64,000 bases of DNA, taken from the NCBI RefSeq assembly GCF_964188315.1, contig NC_135656.1:123566001-123630000 (forward strand), given 5' to 3'. Below are positions 61,501-64,000 of the stretch, one piece after another. The notes beneath the pieces were generated by a model. The model saw only the letters and a program-made list of their open reading frames with translations. It did not search any database and was not told the origin of the DNA. Made by a program: the position numbers and the translations under genes. Within the stretch, counting starts at the first letter, position 1; each line of letters starts with the position of its first letter. The DNA comes from Podarcis muralis (taxonomy: Eukaryota).

Positions 61501-64000
61501 TTTATCTTCTTAATTTTCGTCCTCTTTTTCTGCCGGATCTGTTTCTCCTTCTGTACCTACTGCTTCAGGCTTTCCTCCTCAAAGTTCTTTTTTGTATTTT
61601 CTCCAGAACTTCTCCACATCTTGTACATTTTTACATCTTTGCTTTTCCCATTTATATGTAAACAAGACACCTTCGGGGAACTCCCATCTATATGGAATTG
61701 TGTTGTTTTTCAATACTTTAGTCAAAGATATATAATTACTCCTTTTCTTCAGCAATCTCATCAGGAATTCTTTAAGAATTATAGTGTTCTTTTCATCAAT
61801 TGTAAGTCTTTTTTGGTAGTTCAGCTGTAATACTCTATCTTTAACCATTCATGAATTGAAAATCACCAGGCAATTGTTGAATGGTCACTGTAAAATGTGA
61901 AGGTTCATTATTGTTTCACAAGTTGTGTATGTCTTTAAGGGCCAGGGCAAATAACAAGACCCAGTCTTACAGCTGTGAAACATAGCAGGTGCTGCTAGGG
62001 TGTGTTAATTAAGCTGTGTCAGCATTTGAGCATAGTATATAAGGAGCAGCAACTAGCTCCCTCATTACCCTGGGGGATGGGTTGGTGGTTGGGTCTGGTT
62101 TGTTGTTATCTTTAGTGTAAAAGGAGTTTTTGTTTTTGTTATTAAAACCTTGTTAAAGTTATTTTTGAGTTCCTTGTCATGCGTGGTCTCCCCAGCAAGT
62201 TCTCTGCAGAGCTACTAACCTGCAAATAGCCAACAGCAATCCCCTCGTAGTTTGTTTGTTTTTGCAAAACTTTATTTTACCCTAAAGGCTTTGTCAATCA
62301 ATTGACCCAATCCTTCTCCTTCTACCCCCAACCAGCTAGCCAATCCTGCTATAATTTTCTCTTATGTTTTCCTCTGCCTCCTCAGGGATCCTCCTGAGGT
62401 GTAGAGTTAGTTCCTCCTGCTGCATTTCCAGAATTGCAATTGAGTCCCATGTTGCTCCCTGTGTCACTAATTCCATCGTTTCCTCTCTTATTTTTTCTGT
62501 TCTCTTTTCTGTTCTTTCTTCTGATTGAGTCTTTTTTGTTGTTTCCTCTAAACCCTGTGCTTTTTTACTCAACTCTTGCATGGATTTTTCCCAGTCTGAT
62601 GTTTTTGTTGTAAATTATTTAATCTATCCCATTAAGCCCTCCACAGTTTTGATGTTTTGTTCTATTTTCCCAGACATTTTCTCCAATATATCTATTCTCT
62701 CTTAAGTCTTTTTTCCCAATCCATTAAGATATCTGCAATAACTACCTTAGGTTCTGTCTCTAGGGTGGATACACTACTTGTCTGTGTGGTAGTTGTAGCT
62801 CCAGCCTCCAACTGTGGCTTCTTTGATGCCCTATTTCCAAAATTGTAAAATTTATTCATATGTCCTACTTTCATTTCTCCCAAAACTACTATATTTCCCA
62901 CCCTCAAATATTACTTCCACTCTCCCTTAAAAGGTATGGTGAGAGAAAGAACAAAAAAACGAAGAAAAAAATTTCCCCTCCTGTAATTGCCTCTTTTTGC
63001 CACTAGGTATCCTTTCTTTTCCTCTCTCCTCCTCACCCCTTCCTACCTTCCACTTCCAACTCCTCTTTGTTTTCCCTTTGGATTCCATTTCAACTTGTTT
63101 AGTCTGCTTGATGTTTCCTGCTGATAAGGTGAGCTCTCAAAGCAAAGTCATCTTTTTAAAATAAATCTCTGCTTCTCTACCACTCCTTGCGCCATTGCAT
63201 TTTATAATCCACAAAAGGCAGTGGGGGGGGGGGATTGATGAAAAAAGGGGAAAGACCAGTTCCAGGAATGAGAATAACCATCCATGTCCCCCCTCCCTAG
63301 CAAGATAATCGGTAAAAGAATTACTTAATTTTTAAAAAATTGTTTTATTTCCAAAATCTCTTTCCATTTCCTCAATAGCTCAGTTATGGGTTCGTTCTTT
63401 TGGATAAATTCCAGTCCCCTTTTGTCTACCAAATGCTGCCAAACCAAGAAACGCAGTACCAGGGGATGGTCCAACTCCTCCTGCATTTCAGGTGGACGTG
63501 GGTGGGCCTCTTTGCTCCAGACAATGAAAGTGGTGAAAGGTTCGTGAGTACCTTAACACATCTGCTGAACAAAAGGGAAATTTGTGTTGCCTTCACACAA
63601 AGAGTACTACGAAAAACTTGGCTATGGATACCCCATGAAGCACCTGCCATGTGGAGACAAGTCAATGTATTTGTTTACTTTGCAGACTCTCAAAGTGGAC
63701 TTTACACAATCATAGAGGTACAGTCCTTACTTGAAAGGATACAGACTGAGGGGAAAGTCTGGATAACCACAGTTCTTCAGAACAAAATGTTGTTACGTGA
63801 TATTGATTGCCTCCAGTATGCCCATGGCTCTTTGTCCTTTGTAATGAAAACCAAAAAAAGGATGAAGAAGGACTACTATGGGCCAATGTCCTTGACTAGT
63901 CAACGGTATTCGGGAGAAGCATTTGACTGTTCCTATTCAAAGCATCCCCTGTCTGTGAGGGGTATGACCAAATGCAGAGAGAAGGATAATGTGAAGATGC
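58504..64000 (+). CDS. V2R copy 3 (3'-partial). Exons 58504-58712, 59319-59610, 63379->64000
   Basis: Exons of 209 and 292 nt match the paralogs. Exon 3 (aatag|CTCAGTTATGGG) was translated by eye and is open to the window edge ([44 protein letters not shown]...). Confidence 0.9.
60547..60788. mobile_element. Tigger-like MITE in L1
   Basis: TIRs plus TA TSD. Confidence 0.85.
61875..62235 (+). mobile_element. Solo LTR (361 bp) in L1 ORF1
   Basis: TGTTG...CAACA termini, perfect 5-bp TSD gcaat, TATATAA then ATTAAA. Confidence 0.85.

Larger units (their letters stand above)
60050..63340 (-). mobile_element. L1 5' portion (5' UTR, ORF1, endonuclease) in V2R-3 intron 2, with an internal inversion
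   Basis: ORF1 pieces (IPYRWEFPEG), EN motifs IGDLN/LIDV on minus, TWNVNGLN/CLQETH on plus (~61035-61465), EFANKPGKLLAWQL linker. Confidence 0.8.
22449..64000. repeat. Tandem V2R duplication units (ATG-to-ATG spacing 16547 and 18836 nt)
   Basis: Promoter, intron and intergenic sequences recur collinearly (22449-23120 vs ~38950-39667 vs ~57850-58503; 34650-38940 vs 54130-57850). Confidence 0.92.

Overview
Eukaryotic vertebrate DNA. The repeat content (Sauria SINEs, Bov-B, L2, CR1, L1, RTE-X, Rex/Babar) points to a squamate reptile, most likely a lacertid lizard (inference). The window spans the head-to-head junction of two tandem gene arrays. Left (1 to ~18 kb, minus strand): two paralogous KRAB C2H2 zinc-finger genes. 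One runs off the left edge; the other is complete with 12 fingers plus decayed fingers in its 3' UTR. Right (~22.4 kb to end, plus strand): three paralogous vomeronasal type-2 receptor (V2R, class C GPCR) genes, two complete six-exon ORFs of 848 aa and a third running off the right edge. Exon boundaries were read by eye from GT/AG sites, phase and paralog agreement. Introns and spacers are dense with transposons, many present in one paralog and absent at the equivalent site of another. Most notable observations: (1) three dissimilar solo LTRs share a reading frame in U3 ending in an SPRxRR..(E/G)Q(R/Q) / W..C..GGDSD-like motif; (2) a Penelope-like inverted repeat in a V2R intron carries a minimal hammerhead ribozyme; (3) a 41-nt duplication gives one V2R a uORF; (4) a duplicated exon-4 acceptor could truncate the same V2R; (5) an L1 has a 5'-inverted (twin-priming-like) structure; (6) a full-length Bov-B with TSD. 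No database searches or alignments were run, and identity figures are by-eye estimates.
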